A DNA stretch of 24,067 nucleotides, taken from contig CAVPSB010000027.1 of the NCBI GenBank assembly GCA_963708025.1, positions 1-24,067 of the forward strand, in the 5' to 3' direction. Each line of letters opens with the position of its first letter. Within the stretch, counting starts at the first letter, position 1. The translations under genes were made by a program, and so were the position numbers. The DNA is from an uncultured Candidatus Rokubacteria bacterium. GTDB lineage: Bacteria; Methylomirabilota; Methylomirabilia; Rokubacteriales; DASRDR01. The notes beneath the pieces were generated by a model. It was given only the letters and a program-made list of their open reading frames with translations. It was not told the DNA's origin and did not search any database. Shown in pieces: positions 1 to 10,644 of this stretch.

Positions 1-765
1 CGCCTCCCATTCCAGGTAGAACGTCCGGTCGCGGTCGTAGTAGCCCTGGACGTAGCTCGGATGACACGCGAACGGCTGCTTGACGACGGCGTCGAACGAC
101 GACCACGCCCGGGATCACGGTGCGGTTCGGTTCTGCTGCACGGACGACCGACTCGTCGACGACCTCCTCGCAGACGACGATCACCCGGTCGGCCGCGAAC
201 GCCGCCTCCTCTGGCAGCCGAGGAGCCCCAGTACTGGGTGTCGCCGTCCCGGTCGCGCGCTGCGCGTGCACGATCGCGACGTCGGGCCCGAAGCGGCGGG
301 ACGACGTAGACCTCGGTGCCGTCCTCGTACGGCGAGCGCATCGGCTTGATGTTCGGGATTCACGCCGGGGGATGTCGCTCTCGTAGTACGAGCGGATGGG
401 GAAGAACGGCAGGTTCGACGCACCGGCGACATACCGGCACACCATCCCGAAGTGCGAGTACTCCTCGATCTCAGCGGCTCCGGATCCGCCCTCTCGATCC
501 GCCGCCGGACGGTCGCTGCAGCGAGCCCACGCCGGGGTTGCCGAGCCAGCTGAAGATCAGCTTCCTCGCGACGCCCGCCCCGATCATCTGGTCGTAGATC
601 ACGTCGGGCGTCATGCGGGCCAGCGTGAGGTCGCGCCGGCGCTGCCGGATAGATCTCGCGTCCCGCGGCGAAGCAGATCAGGTGGGTGAAGCCCTCGATC
701 GCCACGGTTCGCCGTCACGACGCGACCTCCGCCACGGCGTCGCGCATCGTGGCGAGCTTGCTCAT
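1..765 (-). CDS. CoA-transferase subunit A (family I, glutaconate/3-oxoadipate CoA-transferase alpha type); 3' end beyond the window; frameshifted
   Basis: Stitched minus-strand translation from ATG 765: MSKLATMRDAVAE..AIEGFTHLICFAAG..RDLTLARMTPDVIYDQMIGAGVARKLIFSWLGNPGVGSL..IEEYSHFGMVCRYVAGASNLPFFP..RPDVAIVHAQRA..VDAVVKQPFACHPSYVQGYYDRD. These motifs are typical of this family. Confidence 0.85.
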
Positions 766-766
766 G

Positions 767-1143
767 TCACGCCTCGGGGCTCCAGCCGTCCTCGGGCCCG
801 CGGAGCACGCAGAACTCGTTGCCCTCGGGGTCGAACATGACCGTCCAGAAGCTCCCGCCCTCCTCGACCAACCGGAGCTCGCTGGCGCCGAGCGCCTTCA
901 CGCGCTCGACCTCCTTCGCCATCGACTCGGGCGGCCGCAGGTCCAGGTGCAGGCGGTTCTTCACGGCTTTGCCCTCGGGGACGATGAAGAAGGTCAGGCG
1001 CCACCCCTCGCCCTTGGGGTCACGGATTTCCGCGCCCTCCTGATCGATCTCGGCGAGGTCGTAGCCGACACCGCGCACCAGAGTCGGCGACCGCCTTCGG
1101 ATCTGGCGCAGTCGAACGTGAGGCTGTCGACCGTCGACGCCAC
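767..1143 (-). CDS. VOC/glyoxalase-like family protein; frameshift near the 5' end
   Basis: LTFDC at the N-terminus, then VPEGKAVKNRLHLDL and WTVMFDPEGNEFCV, which are hallmark glyoxalase-like motifs. The stop lies 1 nt before the CoA-transferase start. Confidence 0.88.
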
Positions 1144-1161
1144 GATGACCCCCCCCGGCAT

Positions 1162-1225
1162 CTACGCGCCCGAGACCTCGGCGACCGCCTCCTCGAAGAT
1201 CTCGACCGCGGTCTCGCGACCTTCG
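1162..1225 (-). other. Orphan 3' end of a minus-strand gene (resembles a class-III aminotransferase C-terminal helix)
   Basis: Minus frame reads ..ETAVEIFEEAVAEVSGA* (TAG at 1164-1162) with high-GC3 codons. There is no upstream gene body because plus-strand coding starts at ~1239. Confidence 0.45.
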
Positions 1226-1238
1226 GGCGCGCCCCCGT

Positions 1239-1705
1239 CTGACCACCAGGGCCAAGGTGGTGATCCTCTGCTCCCTGGTGCCCGTGTTCATCGCCGTCGC
1301 CGTCTTGCCCTTCCTCCTCCTGTCGGTGCCGGACCCTCATCCGGTGAAGATCCCCGGGCTCGCCGGGGAGATCAGCCGGGACGTACGTCCAGCGGCAGGA
1401 CGGCTATGTACAAGCTCTTTCCTTACACCGCTCCGCTCATGACCTTCCCGGCCGACGCACTGGTCGTCGACGATCCCCGGCCGCAGGTGGTGGTCAAGTT
1501 CCGCCAGCTCGATTTCCTCAGCAAGTATGGGATCACGAGCTACGGCGATTCGCGGGAGATAGCGGTCGACAAGGTCGTCGACGAGGCCGGCAAGGTCATC
1601 TATCTGCGGCCCCAGAGCGCGCTGGGCCCGGGTGAATACGTCGTCGTGGCCTCGCGCGACGGCGCCGACGGCGGAGAGGACTACTTCTACTTCAGAGTCC
1701 CCTAG
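1239..1705 (+). CDS. Hypothetical protein with N-terminal membrane anchor and beta-rich soluble domain; start uncertain; one frameshift near 1395
   Basis: LTTRAKVVILCSLVPVFIAVAVLPFLLL (TM helix), then YKLFPYTAP..PQVVVKFRQLDFLSKYGITSY..LGPGEYVVVASRDG..YFYFRVP* with coding-like codon use. Confidence 0.65.
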
Positions 1706-1753
1706 GATGGATCGGCGAGGCAAGGACCAGGAAGCGTCGTAGCGGCGCTAAGG

Positions 1754-3716
1754 GTGCGACCGACGCGACGCATCGGACCATACGAGCGGCCGCCTTCTCG
1801 TGGCGCTGGCCGGCGCCGTGGCTCTCGGGATGCTCGGTCCTCTTCGGCGGCGTACGCCCACACCGAACTCGTGCATCGGGAGTTCGTCGGCGGTACCGCC
1901 GGAGAGACCGCAGGATCTGCTTCTCCGGTTCAGCGAGCCGATCGACGGCCGATTCCTGACCGTTGACATCCTCGGACCGGCCGGTGAGTCGCAGGCGGCG
2001 GTCAGCATCGATCCGCAGCACAGGACCGACGGCCTGGTGGACGTGTCCGGTCTCCCCCCGGGACTCTATTCGGTCGCCTGGTGGACCCGGGCGCTGGACG
2101 GCGACCCCTCGAACGGGAGCTTCATCATGGGGATCGGCACCGCCGTGGAGCCCGTCGCCCTTCTCCCGCCGGTCGGAGCGCGCGACCCGGCCACGCAACC
2201 GGCCATGTTCTACGGGGACACAGTCTGGGACACGATCATCCACTGGCTCATCTATCTCGGCGCCGCCCTCCTGGTCGGGAGTCTCGGGTTCGCGCTGGTG
2301 GTCTGGCGCCCGACGGTGCGGAAGCAGGCCGCGGGCGAGGCGACCGCGGGCGCGGCCGCAGTCGCCGGCGCGTCCCCACGGGCGCACCGGACGCCGTCCC
2401 GGCGCAACCACCTCGGCCGTCGCCGCCGAGCTGATCGACGCCCGGCTGGCTCGAGTGCTGCGCTCGCTGGCCCTGGCCGGCGGAGCGCTCTTCCTCTTCG
2501 CGAACCTCCTGCTTTTTCTCATGCAGCTGGAGTTCATCCGCTATGCGATCCTCCAGCCGATCACCGCGGTCGCCCCCACCCCGCTCGCGCCGTCGTCGCT
2601 TTCTCACGCGGCCCCCTATCAGACGGCCGCCGACATCTTTCGGGGATACAACGGGGCGGTGTGGATCAGCAGGATAGTGCTCTCGGTGGCGGCGCTGGTG
2701 CTTTCGTTCCGCCTTACCGCCCCGGCGACGAAACGGCCTTGGCGCTGGAGAGCGGCGTTCGCGGTGGGCCTGGCAATGCTGGCGACTATGAGCCTCACCG
2801 CCCACGCGGCCGTGGTCCCGCAGTCCAGGTTCGCGGTGGTGCTCGACTGGACCCACCTCACCGCCATGTCTCTGTGGTTGGGGGGCCTGCTGCCGCTGTT
2901 GCTGACCTTGCGGGAGTTCCGCCGGCAGGAAGCGGCCGGCACACCCGGCGGCGGGTTTCGACCCCGCACTCCGGCTCTCGGTGGTGCGCCGCTTCTCGAC
3001 CGTGGCTCTGCTCGCCGTCATCTGGCTGGCCGCCACCGGACTGTTCGCGGCGTACCTTCACGTGCGGAACCCGTCGCTGCTCATCCCCACGACCTACGGC
3101 CGCGTCCTCATAGCCAAATTGGCTGCTGTTCGCGGCGCTCTTCGCCCTGGGGGCCGTACACAGACGCGTCTCCATCCCCCGCCTCGAGAACGGCATGCAG
3201 CCGCGGAAGTCGTCGCTCGAACGCATCCTCCCCTTCGAGATCGGGGTCGGGTGCTCGCTACTCGCGGCTGTGGCGCTCCTGATGAGCCTCGGCACCAGCG
3301 CCGCGGTCTGGCCCGCTCACCAGGCTCTGGGTCTGACCAGCCAATCGACCACCGGCCAGGTGACGGTCACCCTGAGGGCCGTCACCGGCAAGGCCGGGGA
3401 GAACGCGGTGGCCCTGGACGTGGCCGATCGCCGCTCGGGTCCGCCGACCACGGCCGAGCGGGTGACGCTCGAGGTCGGCGGCCGCACCTATGTCCTGAGC
3501 CCGGCGGGCGACCTCGTCCCCGGGACCGTTCAGAGGTTCGTTTCCACAGACCTGGTAGAGCTACCGGAGGGCAAGGGTACAGCGGCCTACACGATCACCA
3601 GGCCCTCGTATCCCGACATCGGGGGCACGATCCCCGTAGACGTGCCGCCCGCCCTCAGCGCGGCTAGTCCCCCGCCGGATAGCCAAAGAGACCTGCCGGC
3701 GCGGCGCCGATGCTAA
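1754..3716 (+). CDS. Copper resistance/uptake CopC-CopD fusion protein (YcnJ-like); several frameshifts; start approximate
   Basis: Signal peptide ending AYA-HTEL. CopC motifs LRFSEPID and LPPGLYSVAWWTRALDG-PSNGSF. CopD TM motifs SLTAHAA, LDWTHLTAMSLWLGGL, RRFSTVA, TTYGRVLIAKL. C-terminal soluble beta domain. Confidence 0.85.
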
Positions 3717-3726
3717 GATGGGCGGC

Positions 3727-4200
3727 ATGACCGACGACGAACGGGACATCGACGAGCGAGGACGCGGCCTCCGGAGGAGGCCGCGGAGAACCCGCTTCAC
3801 AAGAAGCTGGGCATCCGGCCGGGCTTGACCGGGGCCGTCGTCGCCCCTCCCGAGGAGGATGGTCTGCTCTCCCCTCTGCCGGAGGGCTTTCGTAGTGCTG
3901 GCCTCCGTCGACGAGCTGGCCGCCGCGGACGGCCTGTTCGACTACCTGCACTTCTTCGCCCGCAACCGGGGCGATCTGGTCAAGGACTTCCACCGTCTGC
4001 GCGACAAGCTGGCTCCCGGCGGAAGCCTCTGGATCTCCTGGATCAAGCAGTCGTCGGTCCGCGGCGGCGGCGGCCTGCCGGGCGACCTGAACGAGAACAC
4101 GATCCGCCGGATGGCTCTGGCCAGCGGCCTGGTGGACGTGAAGGTGGCCGCGCTCGACCCGGAGTGGTCCGCCCTCAAGCTGGTCTGGCGCCGGCACTAG
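3727..4200 (+). CDS. DUF3052-family protein; frameshifted
   Basis: PLHKKLGIRPG at the N-terminus, then LAPGGSLWISWIK, DLNENTIR and GLVDVKVAALDPEWSALKLVWR, matching the family signature. Confidence 0.8.
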
Positions 4201-4242
4201 CCGAGGCGTCCGGCGCGCTGCGCCCTGGCGAGGCGTCCGCGC

Positions 4243-5259
4243 TTACTCCTTCGCCGCCGCGAAGCCGGGCGTGCTGCCCGCCAGACCCAGGTTGTCCCCG
4301 ATCAGCCGGCACAGTCCCGCGCTCGGTGCTCGCCCGGATGGAGACGTAGCACTGGTCGCAGCTCTCCCGGGTGGCCTTGAAGCCTTTGGCCGCCTCTTTG
4401 CGCGACGCGTACTGCAGGTCGGGGAACATCGAGCAGGCGTTGATGAGACCGTCCGGCCGCACTACCACGAAGCGCCGCCCCGCCTGGCAGCCGTTCATGC
4501 CGCCTTCGGCGAAGAAGCGGTAGGTCTGCTCGAGGATGTAGTCGGAGTTCATGACCACCGACGAGCGGCGCCGGTGCTCCTTGAGATAGTCGATGTGCCG
4601 GCGCAGTAGGGCGAGGTCCTCGGGCGCGGTGATGCAGAGGCTCATGTCGCCGGTGCGCAGCGCGCTGTAGGCGCTGAAGGAGATCTGGGTGCCCCACTCC
4701 TCGGCCTTGCGCCACCAGCCCGGGGATCTCGCGTGAAGTTCTCGTGGGTGAGCGCCGAGTTGAGCACGATGTTCCCCCGCCCGTACTTCTTGACGAGGTA
4801 GGGGATGATCTCGTTCATCTTGGCGTAGAGCCCGGGGATGCGCGCGGAAATCGTCGTGCCGCTCGTCGGGGAAGTCGAGCGAGATGGAGAAGAGCGACAC
4901 TCCTGCCTTGTTGAGAGCGAGATACCGCTCCTCGGTCATGAGCCACCAGTTGCTCACGCAGCACGACCATGGGGAAGCCCGCTCGGCCGCTTGACGGCGC
5001 GGACGATGTCCTCCAGGTCGTCGCGCAGGAGCGGCTCGCCGCCGGACAGCTGGCAGACGCCGGGCTTGAGCTCCTCGGAGTAGCGCGTGTAGTCGGCCGG
5101 CGTCATCAGCTTGGCCTCGGGCTTGATGCCGCCCTTGTCGCAGTGCACGCAGTCGGCGCAGCACGAGTGGGTGACCTCGAACGACACGCACACCGGCCAG
5201 CCCTTGGCCCGGTTCCAGAGCGACCTGACGCCGATGCGTACCGATTCGCTGGTCTTCAT
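4243..5259 (-). CDS. Radical SAM protein with C-terminal SPASM/Twitch-like Cys motif; frameshifted
   Basis: CxxxCxxC (CCADCVHC), LSGGEPLLRDD, SISLD..HDDFR, and C-terminal CQAG..RPDGLINACS..CDQC. TAA at 4245-4243. Confidence 0.88.
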
Positions 5260-5411
5260 GCTCGCGATGCTTCCATTCGACGAGGCCCGCGGGCCGTTGG
5301 CGTTCCGCCCGACACTGTACCGCAGCCGCGCCCGCGCGTGCCCTGCGCCCGGCTTGCCACCGATGGTACGATTCTGCTGACCGACGAGATACCGGCAGGT
5401 GGTGTCTCCAC

Positions 5412-6594
5412 GTGCTCGATCACATAGTCGACTTCCTCAACGCGCTCGGCATCGCGGCACCCGGGCGGCTCGGGCTGGGTCACCGTGATCCTCACCTTCG
5501 TCATCGCGGCGGCCTGGCCGCGTGGCGCTTCATGCCCCACCTGCGGCTGTTCTCCCTGCGAGGTGGGCTGGGCCGACGAGCCCAACGCCCGCCGCCTCAA
5601 CAAGGAGCCACTCCCCAACGCCGGCGGCCTGGCCATCTTCGCCGTCGGTGATCGTCGCCCTGGTCATCGCCACGCTGCTCCGCCCCATCGTCATCGAGGA
5701 CGTGCAGGTGCAGAGTGCTCGCCATCCTGCTGGGCGGCTCGTTCATGATCATGGCCGGCTTCATCGACGACCAGTTCGGCCTGCCGCCCGTCTTCCGCCT
5801 GTTGGTGCAGTTGATCGCCGCCCTGCTGCTGGTGAGCACGGGCATCCGCATCGAGGTGGTCTTCGGAGGAGACTTCGCCGGACGCGCTCTCGGTGATCTT
5901 CACCGTCGTCTGGATCATCGCCATCACCAACGCGGTCAACCTCATCGACGGGGTCGACGGCCTGGCCGGCGGGGTGAGCTTCATCACCGCCATGAGCCTG
6001 CTGGCCGTGTCGGCCCAGGATCCAGAGCAAGGCCGCCGCCACCTTCGTCCTGGCGGCCGTGGCGCGGCGCGGCTCTCGGCTTCCTGCGCCACAACTTCCC
6101 GCCCTCGCGCATCATCATGGGCGACAGCGGCGCCTACTTCTTCGGTTTCGTGCTGGCCGCTCGAGCATCCTGGGCGGACCTGAAGGTCACCACGGTCTTC
6201 TCGCTGTTCCCCACCGTGCTCTTCCTCTTCCTGCCCCTGCTCGACACGGTCCAGGTCATCATCCGCCGCCTGCTCAAGCGCAAGAACCCCCTCTCCAGCC
6301 CGGGCAAGGACCACCTCCACCACGGCCTGCTGGCCCGGGGCCTCTCGCCGGCCCGCACAGTCATCCTCCTGCTGGGGGTCACGCTGGCCGCGAACATCGT
6401 GGCCATGGCCGTCCAGGGCATGTCGGCGCTGGTCATCGTCGTGACCACCGTGGGCATCGTGGTCCTGCTCGGCGTCTGGCGGCCTGGCGGCGGCGCCGCG
6501 CCTTCCGCCGGCGACCGGCCGATCGACGGCGCGGCGCATCGCGGACGGCCGGACGCGCGCCGGCCCGCTCCGACCGACGAAGCGCGAAACCTGA
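5412..6594 (+). CDS. MraY/WecA-family (GT4) undecaprenyl-phosphate GlcNAc-1-phosphate transferase; frameshifted; 3' end approximate
   Basis: DEPNARRLNKEPLPNAGGLAI, GFIDD, ITNAVNLIDGVDGLAGG, NFPPSRIIMGDSGAYFFG, GKDHLHHGL. Confidence 0.9.
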
Positions 6595-6675
6595 CGCCAG
6601 CGGCCGGTCGAGCCGTCCTAGCGCGCATCTCAAAAAGACAAACGGGGTGTGAGTCTTTTAGATCGGAGGGGTACG

Positions 6676-7131
6676 ATGGAACAGGTTCGGTAAGCGTCAG
6701 AGGCGATCGCGGCAGTCGTCCTCGTTCGTCATCCTCATCGGGACGGCGGTCGGCGAGCGCGGGATGCGGCAGCCAGGCCAACGCGACCGGCGGCCCGGTG
6801 AAACTGACCGAGGCGGACAACGGCAAGACGGTCACGGTCGAAAGTCGGCGACGACGTCCAGGTGATCCTCGCCGGCAACCCGACCACCGGCTACTCGTGG
6901 ACCGCCGGCGCTGAGCGACAAGACGCGGCGGTGCTGCAGCAGCAGGGCGACCCGGTCTACGCCCAGGAGTCCACCGACCCGAGCCTCGTGGGCGCCGGCG
7001 GCACCTTCACCTTCACCTTCAAGGCGGCGGCCGCCGGGACAGGTGACCCTGAAGTTCGACTACGCCCGTCCGTGGGAGACGGGCAGTGGCTCCCATCCAG
7101 ACCTACTCGGTGACGGTCACCGTCGAAGTAG
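6676..7131 (+). CDS. Protease inhibitor I42 (chagasin-family) lipoprotein; frameshifted
   Basis: RBS GGAGG before ATG 6676, lipobox-like AGC, TEADNGKTV, NPTTGYSW, VGAGGT and YARPWE (the three chagasin loop motifs). Confidence 0.9.
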
Positions 7132-7177
7132 GATCCGGGCCGAGGGTGCGGCCGGATCGAGCGCCGGGAGGCGGACC

Positions 7178-7214
7178 GCCGCTCGGGGCTTCAGCCGTTC
7201 CGGCTCCGAGCGGC
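7178..7214. terminator. GC-rich hairpin between convergent genes; possible bidirectional terminator
   Basis: GCCGCTCGGGGC (7178-7189) pairs with GCTCCGAGCGGC (7203-7214), with one G-U pair and no U tract. Confidence 0.4.
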
Positions 7215-7990
7215 CTATTCACCGAGGAACCGGTCCGGGTCGGCCATGAAGTCGCGGTAGAGCCGGTAGTGCGCCGTCTCCTCGTAGGAGGTCTCGACGA
7301 TCGGGCCCTCTCCCAGAGCGAACACCTGCGCCCCGGCACCGCCATGATCATCGGCGAATGGGTGGCGATGACGAACTGGGCGTGTCCGCGCCGCCGGTAC
7401 TCGGAGAGCAGGCGCAGCAGCTCCAGTTGGCTGGCCGGCGACAGCGCGGCCTCGGGCTCGTCGAGGAAGTACAGCCCGGGGATCTGGTAGCGCCCCCGGA
7501 AGTAGGCGCAGCAGGCCTTCGCCGCGCGAGCGCAGGGTCAGCGACTCTCCCCCGTGGTACCGGGCCTGTCCGGGGTCGATCTCGGTGACGTCGTCGATGA
7601 ACTCGGCCCACTCCCGGAAGCTCTCGGCGCTGAAGACGCCGCCCTTCACCGAGCCCCGGGCCAGGGTGACGTCGACGAAATCGCGGCACAGCGGGCGTCC
7701 GGGCCGCTGCCCGGTGGCGCCGGCGGCGCCGGGGCCGCGGCCGCCGGCCTGGGCGCTCCTCTTGGGCTCCGCCCAGAGTGGAAGCCGCAGCGCCGGGCGA
7801 TGGCTTCGATGAGCGTCGACTTCCCCGAGCCGTTCTCGCCCACGAGGAAGGCCACGCTCTCGGGTGAAGCCGCAGCTCCTGCCGGCCCTGGAGCGCGGGG
7901 ACGTCGAACGGGTAGCCAGCCCCGGGCGGGGAACTCGTCTCCCCGTATCCGGACGCTCTCCAGCCAGATGCTCGCGGAGCCTACGGTCAC
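7215..7990 (-). CDS. AAA/ABC-type predicted ATPase (COG3910-like); frameshifted
   Basis: Walker A VGENGSGKSTLIEAIA, Walker B GLYFLDEPEAALSP, QFVIATHSPMIMA, C-terminal YEETAHYRLYRDF. Confidence 0.88.
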
Positions 7991-8862
7991 TCAGCTGGTG
8001 AGGGTCAGACTCCCGACGTTCATGTTCACGGTGATGGTGAGGAGCTTGCCCTGCTCCGCGACGCCGCGGCCGGCGTGCTGTAGGTCTTGTCGGCCGCCGT
8101 CCAGCGTGCCCTCCTGGGTCACGTCGGTCAGCTTGCCGTTGACCACCACCTTGGCCGCGGTGCCGGCCGGCACGATGATGTGGACGCTGCCGACGCCCGC
8201 CGTCGATGCTCACCGACCCGGATCGGTCCGCAGTGTCGCCGGAGAAGTCGAAGGTGAACGAGCCCGCCCCGCCCTTGAACTCCATCTTCTTGAAGTTGGC
8301 GTCGGCCAGGCCGGTGAGAGTCACCGAGGAGGCCCCCGTCTCGTAGGTGAGGGACTCCATCTGGCTGGGGTTGGGCGACGAGAAGTTCACCTGGCTCTTG
8401 GACGCTCCGTCCTTGATGCTCAGCTCGCTGCAGCGACAGCCCGCCCAGTTCGTACGTCCCTTCGTAGGCGCCCGCCGTCACCGCCAACCGGATGGGAGCG
8501 GCGCCCAGCTTGAGATCCCAGTCGTTGACGATGTCGGTGCCCACGCCCGACAGGCCCTTGGTGGTGCCCTGCTTGATGGCTGAGCGAGGAGTCGGTCGCG
8601 GGTGACCTTGCGGCTTCCAGCGTCTCCACGTTGTAGCGGATGACGCCGGAGGCGAGGCCCGCGGCGCCCGGCTGCACGCTCGAGTTTGCCGGCGCCCATA
8701 GCTCAGCGTCACGTCGGTGACCGCGGCGCTGCCCAGCGGCTCGTCGATCGTCAAGTTCCTGCGTGGGGCCCGATGCCGATGCCGCACCCGGCGGCAATAC
8801 AGCGCCGCCCCGACGACCATGCGCCAGCGCAGCGCGACCGTCATGATCTTCTTCCAGCTCAT
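7991..8862 (-). CDS. Toast-rack/DUF2154-like beta-solenoid lipoprotein; frameshifted
   Basis: Signal peptide with Cys, then MGAGKL, LASGVIRYNV, VNDWDLKLG, VNFSSPNPSQM, TGASSVTLTGLADANF, GGAGSFTFDFSG, LTITVNMNVGSLTL*. Confidence 0.7.
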
Positions 8863-8965
8863 GGCCGCTCCATCCTCCTCATCCGCACTGCGATCCGTCC
8901 AGCCGTCTCGTTGCCCGTCGCCTCCAATATCACAAATCCGCGCAGCAGCGGGTCTGCCCATGCGC

Positions 8966-9853
8966 TCAGGACGAGCGGCGGCGACGCACAGCGACCACCA
9001 CGAACACCACGCGGCGACGCGCACGCCGCGACCCTGGCCGCGGCGGACGGCGCCGCGAGCATGGAGCCGCATCCGACGCCGGAGCACCCGGACGACCGTG
9101 GCGCAGGCACCTCCAGAGGCCGCACGACGCCCAGGACCGCCAGCCAGGCGCCGCCCAGGAACCACCCGCCCAGTACGTCCGACAGCCAGTGGACGCCCAG
9201 GTAGACGCGCGAGACCCCGACAAGCCCGGCGACCACGATGCCGGCCACGAGCGTCGGCCCAGGCGCGGCGCCACGCCCGGCGCCGGCCGCCGCGACGCCA
9301 GCCCGCGGGCCCGGCTGCGCCGCCCCGACGCCATCCGAAGGCCAGGTAGACAAGCAGGCCGAGGAACACCAGCGTGGTGAGGGCGTGCCCCGAGGGCAGG
9401 CTGCCGCGAGCCGGGCATCGCGATGAGGGCGTCGCTCGCCGGCGGGCGCGGCCGGCCGACGATGGCCTTCGCCGCCTCCGAGATCCCCCAGCCGATCAGC
9501 AGGCCCGACGGCCACCAGGGCGGCGCGCGCCCGCCTGCCCCAGACGGCCAGCAGCAGCACGGTCGAGAAGCCGAGCGCCGCGAGCACCGGGTTGTTGCCG
9601 ATGAGGGTGATCGCCCAGAAGAGCCGGCTGCGCCCCGGGGTGCGCCAGGCGACGAACGCCTCGGAGTACCCGGCGGTCCCAGGCCGAGAGGGCGGAATCC
9701 GGGGCCGGAAGCCAGCGCCGATGAACACGACGAAGACCGAGCCGAGACAGGGCCGCGGCGACCAGGAGCGCGGCCGGCATGCCGGCGCGCGCCCGGCGGC
9801 CGCCCGGCGCCGGGGCTGGCCGGCTCGCCTCTGTCGGCTGGCTCGGTCCTCAC
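8966..9853 (-). CDS. PAP2-family membrane phosphatase; frameshifted
   Basis: All three PAP2 motifs are present: KAIVGRPRP, PSGH and SRVYLGVHWLSDVLGG. The GTG start overlaps the upstream TGA (GTGA). Confidence 0.88.
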   Translation of the reverse strand: MRTEPADRGEPASPGAGRPPGARRHAGRAPGRRGPVSARSSSCSSALASGPGFRPLGLGPPGTPRRSSPGAPRGAAGSSGRSPSSATTRCSRRSASRPCCCWPSGAGGRAPPWWPSGLLIGWGISEAAKAIVGRPRPPASDALIAMPGSRQPALGARPHHAGVPRPACLPGLRMASGRRSRARGLASRRPAPGVAPRLGRRSWPASWSPGLSGSRASTWASTGCRTYWAGGSWAAPGWRSWASCGLWRCLRHGRPGAPASDAAPCSRRRPPRPGSRRARRRVVFVVVAVRRRRSS

Positions 9854-10520
9854 CCGATCGGCACCACCGCGTGGCGCAGCACGGTCTTGAGGTTCTCGGG
9901 CTTGGCCGTGCGCGGGTCGCCCAGGTAGATCTCGTGGTGGCGCCCGTGGAAGCGTAGCCGTTCTGGCCGGCGAACTCGCCCATCCGCATCGAGCGTGCGC
10001 CGGCTCGTCGGCGTAGGGACCGATGTGCATCACCTGCACGCAGAGCCCTTCCTCGAAGCGCTCGAGCCGCAGCCGGTCGAGACGGCCCGGCGCGCCTTCC
10101 TCGTCTCTTGGCGTACTTCTTGCGCAGCTGCTCGACGGCCTCGGCGAACATGTCCCCGGTGATGTGGTCGGGCTGCATGATCATGAGCGTCCACAGCCAC
10201 TGGTCGGAGGTGGCGTAGTCGGCGCCGCCCTCCGGCGTGGTCCACAGCCCTTCCAGGGCCATGACGCTGTAGTCGATCGGGTCCTCCGCCCGCTTCTTGG
10301 ACATGAACTTGAGCGTGTACGAAGCCCCGTAGAGCGCCCCGATGGCCGCGGCGAAAGCCGGGCGAGTCGCCGGGCATGCAGGCCGGGCTCGATCTGCCCG
10401 TCGATCATGGCGAACTGCATCTCGGGCACCTGCGACCAGGACGCATTCCTTGGCCGACGGCAGATAGAGGTGCTTGAGCTGCTTCTTGAGGTCGAGTTTC
10501 GCCGGAGCGCCGCTGGCCAT
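9850..10520 (-). CDS. GyrI-like small-molecule-binding domain protein; frameshifted
   Basis: KLDLKKQLKHLYLPS, LYGASYTLKF, DYSVMALEGLW, WTLMIMQPD, EGLCVQVMHIGPYADE, HHEIYLGDPR. Confidence 0.88.
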
Positions 10521-10644
10521 GACGTACCTCCCCGAGATGAGACTCCTGCATACCATCATACTTGCGCCTATACTTCGAGCGAAACCGGTCAACGTCGACC
10601 GTGCACGGCGTTCCTTGGCCGACTAGTCCTGGAGGCTGCTCCTG

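Noticed and set aside
4201-4243. Short direct repeat CGAGGCGTCCG between convergent genes
   Set aside because: Only two 11-bp GC-rich copies; no evidence for a target-site duplication or element.
7215-10592. Long apparent fusion ORFs (toast-rack with ATPase; GyrI with PAP2)
   Set aside because: Artefacts of indels. Each gene has its own start and stop (7991; GTGA overlap at 9850-9853).
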